Positions 45,517-56,230 of a DNA stretch of 64,000 bases are shown in pieces; within the stretch, counting starts at the first letter, position 1; every line of letters begins with the position of its first letter. The DNA lies in contig PDIP01000056.1 of NCBI GenBank assembly GCA_002811645.1, forward strand, positions 62,001 to 126,000. The letters run 5' to 3'. Position numbers and translations under genes: made by a program. The stretch comes from Corallochytrium limacisporum Hawaii. Lineage: Eukaryota > Protista > Pluriformea. The notes under the pieces were generated by a model that was given only the letters and a program-made list of their open reading frames with translations, had not been told where the DNA came from and ran no database searches.

Positions 45517-47721
45517 TCATGCTGCCTGCGCCTGCCCAACCTGGTGCACAATGACCTCAGAAGTGTCAGGGTCGTAGGAGATCAGGTCCATTTGTTCATA
45601 GTACTGGAGCGTCTCGAGCATTTCAGACTCAGTGATACCCTGGCCTTCCAGGCCGCGCAGCAGGTCCTGATAGTTAATATGGGAGTCAGCATCAGAGAGG
45701 TCACCAGCCAGCTGCAGACAGTACCGCCATACTAGACTCTGCACCTGGCGCTCGTGGCCACCGCGGTCGTTGTTGAGGGAGATCTTGGAAGTCTCCATCA
45801 GACGGAATGCCTCTTCGATGTCCTCACTGTTGACCTCATCGGCGAGACGGAGACGGGCGTGGGCCGTGGCCAGACGCAGAATGGCCAGCAGCGTACGGGC
45901 ATTGGTATACAGCTGCGAGTTCTTACGGGTGATAATGTAAGCAGCAGTAATATCGCTGGCCAGCTGAGGTGGGACAGTGGGGTTGTAGGACTTGGCCAAG
46001 GCAATGTACTTGCGCAGGTACTGGGGTTCATAGAGGTCCTCTCCGGTCTCTGCGTTTCCAGTGGGAGCCTTGCCGGTCTGATGGACAGTGCAAATGTGAT
46101 TTGCCAGCTGTTCATCGTTGTCCTCGTCAGCGCGGTCAAGGAGCAAGAAAATGAGATCGAAACGGGACAACAAGGCAGCAGGTAGGTTGATGTTGCGCTC
46201 CGCACTGAGCTTAGTGTTGTACCGTCCATAGATAGGGTTGGCGGCCGCTAGAATGGAAGTTCGAGCATTTAAAGTCGTGGTGATGCCAGCCTTCGCAATG
46301 GAAATGGTCTGCTGTTCCATGACTTCGTGGATCGCAGTACGGTCGTGGTCGAGCATCTTATCGAACTCATCGATGCAACAGACACCTTTGTCAGCCAGGA
46401 TAAGCGCTCCGCCCTCCAGGACCAGCTCACCGGTTATGGCATCGCGGGTCACAGCAGCGGTCAAACCAACACCAGAGCTGCCACGTCCAGTGGTGTACAC
46501 GGCACGCGGCGCAATGTTTGCAACGTGCTTCAGCAGCTGTGACTTTGCCACTCCAGGGTCACCCATCATGCAAATGTTAATGTCACCACGGATACGCATG
46601 CCGTCCTCCATGTCACGTTGGGTGCCACCGACCAAGGCCAGCAGCAGGGCCTTCTTCAGGTCCTCATGGCCCCATACTTCGGGGGCAATGCTCTGGCTCA
46701 GGGTATCGTACATATGCACACGAGCAGCCTCGTCGCGCATGGACTGTTCCTCCTCTTCAGTAACGTAGGCGCTCTCTCCACCCTTGTATGTCTTCTTCTC
46801 ACGTTCTATGTGCTCTGCAACCACATACGTGTTAGCCAGCAGGCCCTGGACCATGGCCCGGTAGCCAGTGTGGCGCTGCACAAGCAAAACTCCATCGACA
46901 GAGACCGTGTCACCAGAGTTGGCCTGGCGAGTCATTTCACCAAAGGCACGCACAGTGATCGTACGAGGAACGTGACCCTGGGGAACATTCTCAGCCAATT
47001 CTTGGATGCGAAGTTCCTGGTGCTTGACAAATTTGGATCCCCTGATCATCATGGTCAGCTTGCCCTTGCCGTCAGCCTTGCACTGTTTTACCTGACACAC
47101 GGTCTGAGGGGTGAAGGAAGGACCGGTGACCTCCTGATAAGTTTCGTAGTCACAGCTGTCACACATGTACGTGGCAATCAGTACCATTGGCTTTACTTCG
47201 CTGACCCGAGTGACAATGCCCTTAAAGGTGATCAGCTTGCCGACGTACTGGGCGCGAACCTCACGAATGCAGAGCTGCTTCAGAGTGGCACTTTGGGGTA
47301 CAATGCGAAGCTCGTAGTTACGCATGAGTTCCGGTGCATAGCTTGCGTCGGCATGACCATAATTCTGCATTTCATCGGAAGTGTTGCGAAGGTTCTGTCG
47401 ATGCTGGAGAAAGACGTCTAGAGTGTTCATCTTGGACACATCAAGCTCTACTGTGGGCTCCATCTGTTTCAGTAGCGAGTCGATAGCCTCGCTCATGAGT
47501 TTGTGATAGCGCAAGGTGTTTCCCATGATGTTCTTAACCAGGTCATCGTTGCCAGTCTGTGCAATGTCATCGAGGTGAACATCGATTACGGTCTGTTCCC
47601 GGTTCACTACCCGCTGCAGGGCCTCCTTGTAAGGCTTGCTCCTGTTACGACCCTTTTGAAAAGTGTCAAAGAAGGTCCTGAGCGCATCGCGGTCAGCGGG
47701 GTAATCGGGGGTGGTCGCCAT
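45517..47721 (-). CDS. MCM7: DNA replication licensing factor MCM7
   Basis: RGSKFVKHQELRIQE, GMRIRGDINICMMGDPGVAKSQLL, IDEFDKM, ARTLLAILRL. Confidence 0.97.
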   Translation of the reverse strand: MATTPDYPADRDALRTFFDTFQKGRNRSKPYKEALQRVVNREQTVIDVHLDDIAQTGNDDLVKNIMGNTLRYHKLMSEAIDSLLKQMEPTVELDVSKMNTLDVFLQHRQNLRNTSDEMQNYGHADASYAPELMRNYELRIVPQSATLKQLCIREVRAQYVGKLITFKGIVTRVSEVKPMVLIATYMCDSCDYETYQEVTGPSFTPQTVCQVKQCKADGKGKLTMMIRGSKFVKHQELRIQELAENVPQGHVPRTITVRAFGEMTRQANSGDTVSVDGVLLVQRHTGYRAMVQGLLANTYVVAEHIEREKKTYKGGESAYVTEEEEQSMRDEAARVHMYDTLSQSIAPEVWGHEDLKKALLLALVGGTQRDMEDGMRIRGDINICMMGDPGVAKSQLLKHVANIAPRAVYTTGRGSSGVGLTAAVTRDAITGELVLEGGALILADKGVCCIDEFDKMLDHDRTAIHEVMEQQTISIAKAGITTTLNARTSILAAANPIYGRYNTKLSAERNINLPAALLSRFDLIFLLLDRADEDNDEQLANHICTVHQTGKAPTGNAETGEDLYEPQYLRKYIALAKSYNPTVPPQLASDITAAYIITRKNSQLYTNARTLLAILRLATAHARLRLADEVNSEDIEEAFRLMETSKISLNNDRGGHERQVQSLVWRYCLQLAGDLSDADSHINYQDLLRGLEGQGITESEMLETLQYYEQMDLISYDPDTSEVIVHQVGQAQAA

Positions 47722-47892
47722 TGTGAACCAAAGTCTCTGTGTTTATGTGATCAAATGTGTTCCCGCTAGTGAATCTGCGATCACTTTGTGCTGTGGGTTG
47801 TACACCATCGATCTCTTGAATATCTTACAACGTCTATTCCATTAGTACCTTCATCACAACCAACACTTCATATGACAACTGTAAAGAAAAAG

Positions 47893-48196
47893 TTTAGCGC
47901 GCGATAAAGTTCTCATCGCAACAATCGCCAGCGCGGATACGAGTCCAAGGCACATTTCTTTGATCAACCCCGAGACCCCTCTCTCCCAATTCTGTTAGCT
48001 CAATCCATCCTGGTATTACAGTAATGGAAAAATTCTGGGCGCGAAAGTTTAGAACCTCCCTCATCCCCTGACTGCGGTGGAGCCCGTCCGAAAAAAACAT
48101 AGGGGAGAGATCGTGCGGAAAAGGGACTCCGCACAGAGAGGCCGGTCCCCTACAGCCCCCGCCCCCAAATTGCCGAGTCTCCTGGAGTTTTCGCGC
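47893..48196. promoter_or_regulatory. Cluster of E2F-like sites in the MCM7/POP7 divergent promoter
   Basis: TTTAGCGCGCGATAAA (47893-47908), GGGCGCGAAA (48037-48046), TTTTCGCGC (48188-48196). Confidence 0.55.
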
Positions 48197-48500
48197 TCAT
48201 TTATGAACTGAGCAGGCGGGGAAGGGCCATCCAGAGTACGCATACTGATCCGTGTTCGTGTTATTGATCTTTGTATGCAATTGATTTCTCGAATTTTTGT
48301 TAGCGTTGCGTTGTTGGCCCAGAGGTCACAAGGCATAGTGCTACTGGTCGTATGAATGGCTTTGGTGTTTGTTGGAACACGCCTGCAAGTAAAAGTATTT
48401 TCGATGACCGTATGCTCGATCAGCAAGCGTAGTCACGCATTTGGGAATTAGCCACGATGCAAACTGTTGATGGTCACAGACAGGCACAACACACCCAGCA

Positions 48501-49118
48501 ATGGTCGACAGTGATCAGGCAGCGGCTGCTGGCACTGCTGGAACAGAGGACGCGAGCAAACGATTAGATTCTGCAGGACAGGCTGACCAGAGCAAGCAGA
48601 AAAAGCGCAGTCGTGGTGGACAAAACCAAAGCAAAAAGCGAGGAAAAGCAGAAAGCGGAAGTCAACAGCAGAGACAGAAGAACAAAGACGCGGAGCATTC
48701 CACAGAAAATGCCAATTTGAAAGCTACACACAAGACACCCGAGGATGCTGCTATTGACGCCTATTATGAGGTACATAAACGCGTACCTGAGCGGCTTCCT
48801 CGCAAGGAGACTGACATTTATGTCGCGCGGAATACAGACTTCAACTCTGCGCTCAAGCGGGCCAAGAAAGTATTGGATAATGGTGGGTCTTTTGTGGACA
48901 TCCACGGACTAGGGGCCACTATCAACAAGGCTTTGAACCTAGCCTTGCAGCTGGACAAACAGTACAAAGGAGTTTTCAAACTGTCATGCCGGACATCGAC
49001 AGTTGTAGTCGTGGACGATCTGGAACCCACCACAGAAAACCTGCGGCATAAGACTCGCACCCGGAATGTAAGTGCTTTACATGTGCACCTGTACCGAGAA
49101 GAGAAGCAACAGCAATGA
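48501..49118 (+). CDS. POP7: RNase P/MRP subunit Rpp20/Pop7 (Alba fold) with a basic N-terminal extension
   Basis: DIYVARNTDF, IHGLGATINKALNLAL, STVVVVDDLEP, RNVSALHV. Confidence 0.9.
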   Translation: MVDSDQAAAAGTAGTEDASKRLDSAGQADQSKQKKRSRGGQNQSKKRGKAESGSQQQRQKNKDAEHSTENANLKATHKTPEDAAIDAYYEVHKRVPERLPRKETDIYVARNTDFNSALKRAKKVLDNGGSFVDIHGLGATINKALNLALQLDKQYKGVFKLSCRTSTVVVVDDLEPTTENLRHKTRTRNVSALHVHLYREEKQQQ

Positions 49119-49215
49119 TAGTGACCTTTGACTGTAGAACGAGTACACTGAACAAGCACAAAAACTTGGAAGGTTAGAATCAGTAGATTACACGAGTTTA
49201 GATTTATTTGGCAGT

Positions 49216-51192
49216 TCACTTCCATCCACTTGCAAGCCCATGATCCCCCTCGCTATTTTCTCTGTCTGCACTTTCTATTGGCGGCAACGAGGGGTCGCCC
49301 AATGAGCAGAGTGAATCATAACGACTCGTCACAGCATTCACAGAAACCTCAGGGATGACGTAGCGGTGCCGATCCGTGCTGTCCACATGTTCGTTCGCTT
49401 CCGCTTGGAGGAACTGTTCGATGGGAATTTCTGCAATGTATGAGGCATCCGCAGCACCCATGACCTCTGCGTCAATTTCCCGCTGTAGCATGGCGAAGGT
49501 GACATGGTCCTCTATCATGCACCACCGACTGCTCATCTTGACTTGTACAAAGCTCTCCAAACAGTTGCCATCGTCTCGAGTCTCAATGTCGACCACAGTA
49601 GGTGGAGTGTCTCTGGTACCGACCACAGCTGCTTTGACAATAACCAAGAATGGTTTGCCGTATAACAACTGTACCGCGGTCTTAGCCGCCGTCCTGGAGT
49701 AAGTGTCCATCGACTCAATCATGATCCTTTCTACCAGGGCATCGATACATCTATCCTCCGCCGTCTTTAGTACCATACGTGGCACCTTGTCAAGTATTAA
49801 ATGGTGAATAGCTTTGCGCTTGTTCTCCAGATTCTCTTCCGAATCCTCACCGGCGTTGCAGGGAGGGTAGAGCGTACCACCGATCCGCAGCGTTGCCCGG
49901 GTTAGGTCCTTTTCCATTTGCATCTTCTGCTCTACGTCTGTGAGGGTGAGGTACGTCAGAGCGTTCTCCAATTCTACGGTACTGCAGCAGGCTTTCAAGG
50001 CCAGACGAGCACTGACTGGGTTGCGGTCAAAGATTGTCGGGATCTGAAACGATGGGAGATCGTCCCTGTTCGCACCCAAAGATTTGAACGTCTCTGAATA
50101 TAGACGCAGATCATTCTCCACTTTGTCATGGAAGGCCCTGACTTCTGTCTCGGACATTTCCTCAAAGTCCCGGACACACAGCAAGCGGTCATAGTCTCCC
50201 GTTGTGAGTTTATACCGACTGTCGTATCTCAGCCGACTATTGGCTGTACTGGCGGTAAGCCACTGCCACGCTGCAATCCGCAGAGCCTTTGAATCAGAAG
50301 TCTGCACCATTGTATTCAAGAGATCGTTGACTTGTGGTTCCAAGAACGCCGCTGCTGCCACATGGTAATGCAAATGGTAGTTCATAAAATCCTGTACAAT
50401 AGGCTTCAGGGTCTCCTCTCTATATCGATACGCCTGCGTGCCCTCGATCAGGATCGCCTCTCGTGCGTCTTCATAGTCCTTCTTCGCACAGGCCAGCCAC
50501 TTCTGCGCCTCCACAATCTTCGGGCCCCTCTGCTCCCGTTGCTCGTCCGTAAGATTCAAATATCGATTGCACTTGTCTTGAGCTTTTTTGTGCTCACGGC
50601 GCAACGGCCTGAGGATCTCTGTGCGTTTCAGTAGTGCGTCAACCTTGACCATTTCGCTGTTTACTACACTGTCCACGGTCATCACCAGATTGGAGAGGAG
50701 CTCCTGTCTCTGCACGGCCATGTCCTGCATTGTGGCAGTTGCCCGAAGGCTGCTTTCCCAGAGCATGGTGTGGGCAAATAGATTGTTAAGACTACAGCAG
50801 ACTTTGTCGTCGACTTTATCCTGCTGTTGATAAGCTTCGCCGTAGCGCGCGACGCGATTTCGCAAGCTGGACATGTCCTCCATATACTTGTTCAGATTGA
50901 TCTGCATGTTTTCCAGCTCCGGGTCGCCATAATTGATGGGTTCCGGTGTATCCGGAGTACCAACTTTGATCGGTGATCCTGCGGTCACTGAGTTTCCGGG
51001 TGATGTATCTCGTTTTAAGGAAGTCTCGTCCCCACTGAGATCTCCAAATTTCATTTCATTCCGAGAACTTTGACGTCTTTGTGCAATTTTGGTTCGGAGG
51101 TTACCAATCATTGCCTTTCCTTTTCCTGTCAACTTACTGCTCTTGCTGGCCAGATTACCAGAGGTTGCCATAGGATCTTCAACCTCCGACAT
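49216..51192 (-). CDS. BAR-domain protein with an unrecognised C-terminal domain
   Basis: Helical region DPELENMQ...RREHKKAQDKCNRY...KKDYED...LKPIVQDFMNYHLHYH resembles amphiphysin/BIN BAR. First ATG at 51192 in ACCATG context. Confidence 0.65.
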   Translation of the reverse strand: MSEVEDPMATSGNLASKSSKLTGKGKAMIGNLRTKIAQRRQSSRNEMKFGDLSGDETSLKRDTSPGNSVTAGSPIKVGTPDTPEPINYGDPELENMQINLNKYMEDMSSLRNRVARYGEAYQQQDKVDDKVCCSLNNLFAHTMLWESSLRATATMQDMAVQRQELLSNLVMTVDSVVNSEMVKVDALLKRTEILRPLRREHKKAQDKCNRYLNLTDEQREQRGPKIVEAQKWLACAKKDYEDAREAILIEGTQAYRYREETLKPIVQDFMNYHLHYHVAAAAFLEPQVNDLLNTMVQTSDSKALRIAAWQWLTASTANSRLRYDSRYKLTTGDYDRLLCVRDFEEMSETEVRAFHDKVENDLRLYSETFKSLGANRDDLPSFQIPTIFDRNPVSARLALKACCSTVELENALTYLTLTDVEQKMQMEKDLTRATLRIGGTLYPPCNAGEDSEENLENKRKAIHHLILDKVPRMVLKTAEDRCIDALVERIMIESMDTYSRTAAKTAVQLLYGKPFLVIVKAAVVGTRDTPPTVVDIETRDDGNCLESFVQVKMSSRWCMIEDHVTFAMLQREIDAEVMGAADASYIAEIPIEQFLQAEANEHVDSTDRHRYVIPEVSVNAVTSRYDSLCSLGDPSLPPIESADRENSEGDHGLASGWK

Positions 51193-51778
51193 GGTGGTTA
51201 AACCAAACCAATAACCAAACCCCAGATGGAAACCAATATCCAGTCTGGGCAAACCCAGGTCATTCTAACTTGTCTCCCAATTCATGTGCAAAGGGTCCGC
51301 TGCGAATTCATTCAGCTCCACACACAACTTTTGAACAAGCAACCCCATTATCAGTGGAACCGTGTTCGTAAAGTAGCATGATTCGGCACTCGAGAGCGTG
51401 TTCCACATGTCCCAGGCGCTGCATATGTTCTCTTCGCCGATTCCAACGCGCCTTGAGATTGCTCTCTAAAGGAGGGACCCCGGTTTCCAACAGATCCCAC
51501 CCCGTCCGTACGGAACAAGGAGGGAGAATAGCCGAGCAGGGAGGGGCAAGAGTTGACCAGATACTCCTTGATTCTTACCTAGTGCTATGCATACCTTTAT
51601 ATTGCTATTTCAGTCTGTTGACTCTGTTGTTCAGTGCCACATACGTATTGAAGGAAGAGGAAATGTCAATTTACCGTTACAGTATCCCTTGGCGTCGCAG
51701 AAGTCCTCCATGGACGGCAGGATTTCGTGCAAAAACTCCAAACTTTACTGTCTTTGATTGAACAGTTCTAGTCTCAGT

Positions 51779-54700
51779 CTAGTTGTCGGCTTCGTCAACA
51801 GGGTCCTGCTCCATCGCATCAGCCTGTGTCTCACCTTCGGCGGCGGATGGTTTCTGTTCTTGAGCGGACTGCTGTTCCTGAGTAGACTGTGGCTCTTCTT
51901 GATTGGGCCGGTGTTCTTGTTCCTGTTTCTTCTGCTGTTCTTCAACCCACTTTTCTGCCATCTCCGGGCCTGGCATATCCGGACTCGGTTGGTCCGGGTT
52001 GGTGGGATCTTTGATAACCATCATGGCGCTTTCCTCTTCTAGTTTTTCCTCCTCCTGCTCGTCTTCATCTTCGTCAATATCATCATTGTCGATTTCATGT
52101 AGAAGTTCATTCTCATAGGCAGATAGAGAAGGGTCGACGATCCGCATGACGTGATCCACGGGAATGAAGGCACCCTTCGGCTTGAATTCAGTCTCGTAGC
52201 GACAGTCTGCGCAGACAAACAGCTCTAGATGCTTAGCACCCGGGTCGCAGGACTTGTGCGCGTACTGTTCGCATTGGGTGCACTGCAGGTACGGAGTGCT
52301 CTCGTCGTCTTTCAATCGCTGCACCTCCCCCATGTCGTAGGTTCTGCAGCAGATACGGCAATAGTGCATCTTGCGGAACTGGTCGGCACAATCCTCACAG
52401 AAGAGTCTGTAAGTTTCTCCATCGCAGGTCTGGTTGATGGGCATCTTGATCTTAACCTTCTGCACCACCTTGCGACCGGAGCCGTCAGCAATGTCTGCTC
52501 CGTCGGCGAGAGCAGGGGCTGTCTCCGTGGCCTCGGGCTGCTGGTGTTGCGGCTTCTCGTTATTCTCCCCAGTGCCTTCAGCACCGTCAGCGGTTGCAAT
52601 GACAGTGAATTGTTTACCGCAAGAGTAGCATTTGGCAGAGCACTGGGGGCAGATGAAGTGGTCCGGCACGCCATCTTCCGGGTCAATCTTCTCCACTTCT
52701 TCCTTTCGGAGGCAACTCAGGTGATACCCACGATCGCACGAGCGACACAGGAACATGCTGTCTGCGTTCTGGCCACGCATGCAGACTGAACACACTTTGC
52801 AGCGACTGCATTGCCAGCGGTAGTCACGTATGTTGGGTACGAGACTGGCTTCCATGAGCATGCACGTCGGATGCGCGTACATTTTGCACTCAGAGCAACG
52901 CACGATGCGCTCGGGTATGCCGAAGCGATTGCCAACTGTGGATTGACCACACTTTGCGCATGAAACAAATTTCTTAATCTTTGGATCAGGTTGCATCTTG
53001 GGAGGTACATTGAAGTCCTGCTCATCGATTTCTTCGTCTGCGATTTGCAGTGTTGTAGGCCTCTTAGTCACGTCGCCAAAATCAGCACTGGAGAGGATCT
53101 CATGCCGGCGAAGGGCTGAGCGACGCCAGCGCTCAAAGTACTCCAGAGTGGCATCGTGGTCCGGTGCCATCTTCGGCGGCACCTTCTTCTTGTCCTCTTC
53201 CTCGGATTCTTCATCGACAGCAATTGCATACGTCTGATCAACCACCTCATCATTGGTCTCTGCCCGTGTGAGTTTGCGGTACTTGCCAAAATACACACTC
53301 TCCACCGCAGGGGCATGCAAACGCACGCCAAGTCCGACCAGGGTTTCCAGGGCATTGTTCTGATACTGTTTGGGTAGCAGAGCTGCATAGTGTTTTGCAT
53401 CTCTGGCTTGTTCCAAGGACTGTTGCTCCGCTTCCTTCACTTGTTTCTTCTCTGATACCACTACAGTATTTGCGTTCTCTTTTGTTTCCTGATCGACAAT
53501 CTCCGGGACATCCTCTGGTTTGATGATGGTGTTGATAAGTTGGTGGCGAGGGTATCTGCCAGGGAAGTGGAAGGCACGGGTCATTGGGTCAAAACCATGG
53601 GTGCGATCAATGCCACGAATGATACCAAGTTTGGCATTGTACTCGACCGCCGTATTGATGGCCTGGACCATGTTTTGACGTCTGGTGGATTCATGTCCTT
53701 TGCGTGGCCGTCCGATGCCACGGCCTCCAGTATCCGATTCTTCTTCATCGTCCAGGAACTTTAATTGTCCAAGAACCTGTGCAGCGATGGCCTCCACGCG
53801 AGCACTCTCCATTCGTTCACGATCCATAGCTTCGTCATACTCACGTTGATCACGGAACCCGCGCCTTCCAGAGCGCCGAGGACGATCTGTGCTCGTTGTG
53901 ACGCCCAAGGACAGAGACCCGGTACCGATGCGAATGCGTGGAGTGGTGTAACTCGTCTGAGGGAGGATATCAGAACTCAGGAAGGCATCGAAACGTCTGC
54001 GAGGTGGGCCCTTCGGTGTGATTGGCCGGTTCGGCTTAGTATGCGCCTCCTCGGGCAGTTGCTGCGGCTTGCGCATAGCCTCATGTCGAGTCGGAAGCGA
54101 TCCTTTGCCATTCCTAGCGTACTCCTCCAGTTCAGGATGTTCGTTCTGAATAATGTTAACTACATCGTCCGCGTAGAAAATCAAAATACGATTCGTGCGC
54201 CATGCCTTCCTGCGCACTACACCAATGTCAAACAGGTATGCCTTCTCAGGAATTTCAGCTTCTCGCCAACGCAAATGTGGAAAAGTCATGACAATCGAAT
54301 TGGTCTGTAGGATGCGACGCAAGGTGGTACCCACGATCCATTTCCGACCGGCCTGGTCCTTCCAGCAAAACATATGTTCACTGCGCCACTCGTTGTTGAA
54401 ATCATCGTCCGGTACTAGAGGGATTTGTTCCTCATTAATGGCGGGCGCCCCAATCTTGCCCTCTGGAATGTAAGCAGGCCGACGTACAAATCCATCCGAT
54501 CCAACAATGGTACCATCTGGACCAACATTTCCCAACGCTGGATTCAACTCAAATCTGCTAGATGACGCTGTGGTCATATCCATTGGAACGTCGTCCATCG
54601 GGTCGGCGATAGAGCTCTCCACTTTAGCCACCTGCGTTGCTGGCTGAGCAGGAGGTGGCTGCTGTGGTGGGACCCGAGCCTTAAGAATCGATGAGCGCGG

Positions 54701-55198
54701 TGTCGAACTAACTGACGCCTTCGTCTTTTCCCGAGGTGTATCCTCGTCAGGTTCCTCTGGTGCGAGTTTTAATCGCACGGTTTTCTGTGACCGCGGCGTC
54801 TCCTCACTATTGCTGGCAACAGAGTCCCGACGACTGGCCGGTCTCATTGCACGCTTTCGCTTTGGAGCTTCCATGGGAGTGACTGTCTCTACCACAGCGT
54901 CCTCCTCCGGTTGGCGACGCTTTAGATTGGACCGGGAGCTAATCCGGGGGGTGGAGGACTCTTCACTTGCCGGTGCAGACGACCGTGAACTGCGACGCAG
55001 AGACTTTGGTTCTGTCTGCGGTTCTGCTGCCTTAGTGCGGGAAGATCTCCGCCCAGTACTGGGAGGCTCTGCAACGTTCTGCTCACCACCGTTCTTGGAT
55101 CTCCTTGCGCTGCTACGCGGTTGTGCCGTGGCTTCGCCATTTTCTACGGCGTCGTCGGCAGCAGATGACGCGCGGCGTGACGACCGCCGAAGTGACAT
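51779..55198 (-). CDS. PHF10: PHF10/SAYP (BAF45A)-like PBAF subunit with SAY domain and PHD fingers
   Basis: FPHLRWREAEIPEKAYL, TAVEYNAKL...FDPMT and ALLPKQYQ match recalled PHF10 SAY blocks. Double PHD (HPTCM...YRWQCSRCKVC...CDRGYH) plus an extra PHD. Confidence 0.8.
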   Translation of the reverse strand: MSLRRSSRRASSAADDAVENGEATAQPRSSARRSKNGGEQNVAEPPSTGRRSSRTKAAEPQTEPKSLRRSSRSSAPASEESSTPRISSRSNLKRRQPEEDAVVETVTPMEAPKRKRAMRPASRRDSVASNSEETPRSQKTVRLKLAPEEPDEDTPREKTKASVSSTPRSSILKARVPPQQPPPAQPATQVAKVESSIADPMDDVPMDMTTASSSRFELNPALGNVGPDGTIVGSDGFVRRPAYIPEGKIGAPAINEEQIPLVPDDDFNNEWRSEHMFCWKDQAGRKWIVGTTLRRILQTNSIVMTFPHLRWREAEIPEKAYLFDIGVVRRKAWRTNRILIFYADDVVNIIQNEHPELEEYARNGKGSLPTRHEAMRKPQQLPEEAHTKPNRPITPKGPPRRRFDAFLSSDILPQTSYTTPRIRIGTGSLSLGVTTSTDRPRRSGRRGFRDQREYDEAMDRERMESARVEAIAAQVLGQLKFLDDEEESDTGGRGIGRPRKGHESTRRQNMVQAINTAVEYNAKLGIIRGIDRTHGFDPMTRAFHFPGRYPRHQLINTIIKPEDVPEIVDQETKENANTVVVSEKKQVKEAEQQSLEQARDAKHYAALLPKQYQNNALETLVGLGVRLHAPAVESVYFGKYRKLTRAETNDEVVDQTYAIAVDEESEEEDKKKVPPKMAPDHDATLEYFERWRRSALRRHEILSSADFGDVTKRPTTLQIADEEIDEQDFNVPPKMQPDPKIKKFVSCAKCGQSTVGNRFGIPERIVRCSECKMYAHPTCMLMEASLVPNIRDYRWQCSRCKVCSVCMRGQNADSMFLCRSCDRGYHLSCLRKEEVEKIDPEDGVPDHFICPQCSAKCYSCGKQFTVIATADGAEGTGENNEKPQHQQPEATETAPALADGADIADGSGRKVVQKVKIKMPINQTCDGETYRLFCEDCADQFRKMHYCRICCRTYDMGEVQRLKDDESTPYLQCTQCEQYAHKSCDPGAKHLELFVCADCRYETEFKPKGAFIPVDHVMRIVDPSLSAYENELLHEIDNDDIDEDEDEQEEEKLEEESAMMVIKDPTNPDQPSPDMPGPEMAEKWVEEQQKKQEQEHRPNQEEPQSTQEQQSAQEQKPSAAEGETQADAMEQDPVDEADN

Positions 55199-56053
55199 GA
55201 TATGTTCAAGGAATTGCTTTTTATTCCCAGATATTATTATATATCAACCACAATACCCATGGTGCTCTACATTACAGGAGATGTTAAAAACTATTACAAC
55301 CCCGATTGTTCCAGAATCCGATATTCCTTATCACTTCGTAGTAGGAAAGGGACCGCCTACGCTCCCAGTACTCAACATCGACATAAATACCTCACATTTC
55401 ACTACATGAATGTTCAAATGATCATACTCTTTGCCACAACCGCCAGCAAGCGGTTGAGAATGCAACTATGAAGGTAACACTGAGACCTCCGTTTAAGATT
55501 TTCCCGGCGAATTTTTCAATTTTTCTCTCCCCCTCGGCCATCTGACCTGCCTACCTCCCTGTTTCCCCTCCCCCTCTACCCTCACCCGCCACAGTGAAAA
55601 CAACGCTCTGCTTGGCCACACAGTACTTTCAGTATCGACCCCATGCGGGGCGGCATTGTGTGGCCTGGGAGAGGAGAAGGGGGGGAGGCCGAACAGCCAC
55701 AAGGAGCGCACAAAAAATTGATCCTGCACCTGAACACGGTTGGGGACCCGTGCTGGAACTTTCGCGCGCCCCGCCGGGAGGGATATTGCGAACATCGGAG
55801 CCCCAATCGGATCCAGTGGAGTACAGTGGCGATCACTGCCAAGGGAAGACAATCAGAGCTGCATTGAAGAGAAGCCATGGGATGAGGCAGACGACAGATA
55901 TTTTGTGTGAAAGGCCAACAAAACCACAATAGCCATACATTGTATGTTGTTTGTAGATGGGTTTATGCTTCAAATTATGTGAAAGTAAGATGTGAAAGGA
56001 AAGCAGGATGGTGCACCGGAGCAGCTCAAAACGAACGCTCCACACCGAGGTCA

Positions 56054-56140
56054 GAGTCTTCGGTCAGGCATCAATCTACAGAGGTGGTGATATGAATAAT
56101 TCACCAGAATTTTCTCTGTCGCCGTCATAATATGAAACTC
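56054..56140 (-). promoter_or_regulatory. SECIS element (type II-like) in the TrxR 3' UTR
   Basis: mRNA sense: gaguuuc..AUGA-CGGCGACAGAG-AAAA-uuc-UGGUGA..UCACCA-c-CUCUGUAGAU-UGAU..gaagacuc. UGAN/NGAN core, ~10-bp helix II, AAA 11 nt after AUGA, apical mini-stem, and helix I are all present. Confidence 0.85.
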
Positions 56141-56197
56141 CAAAGGACTTCCGGAAGAACTCTTGGTCTTGCTCAGCTAGTGCACGACATCCCATAC

Positions 56198-56230
56198 GCC
56201 CTTACGCTCTACAAGTGAGAACGTAAGGGC
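56198..56230 (-). promoter_or_regulatory. 13-bp RNA hairpin starting 6 nt after the Sec UGA (SRE-like)
   Basis: GCCCUUACGUUCU-cacuugu-AGAGCGUAAGGGC, 12 Watson-Crick pairs and 1 G-U pair. Confidence 0.6.

Noticed and set aside
45754-47421. Long antisense ORFs over MCM7 (similar ones over THADA, PHF10 and TrxR)
   Set aside because: Shadow ORFs from codon bias, with no motifs
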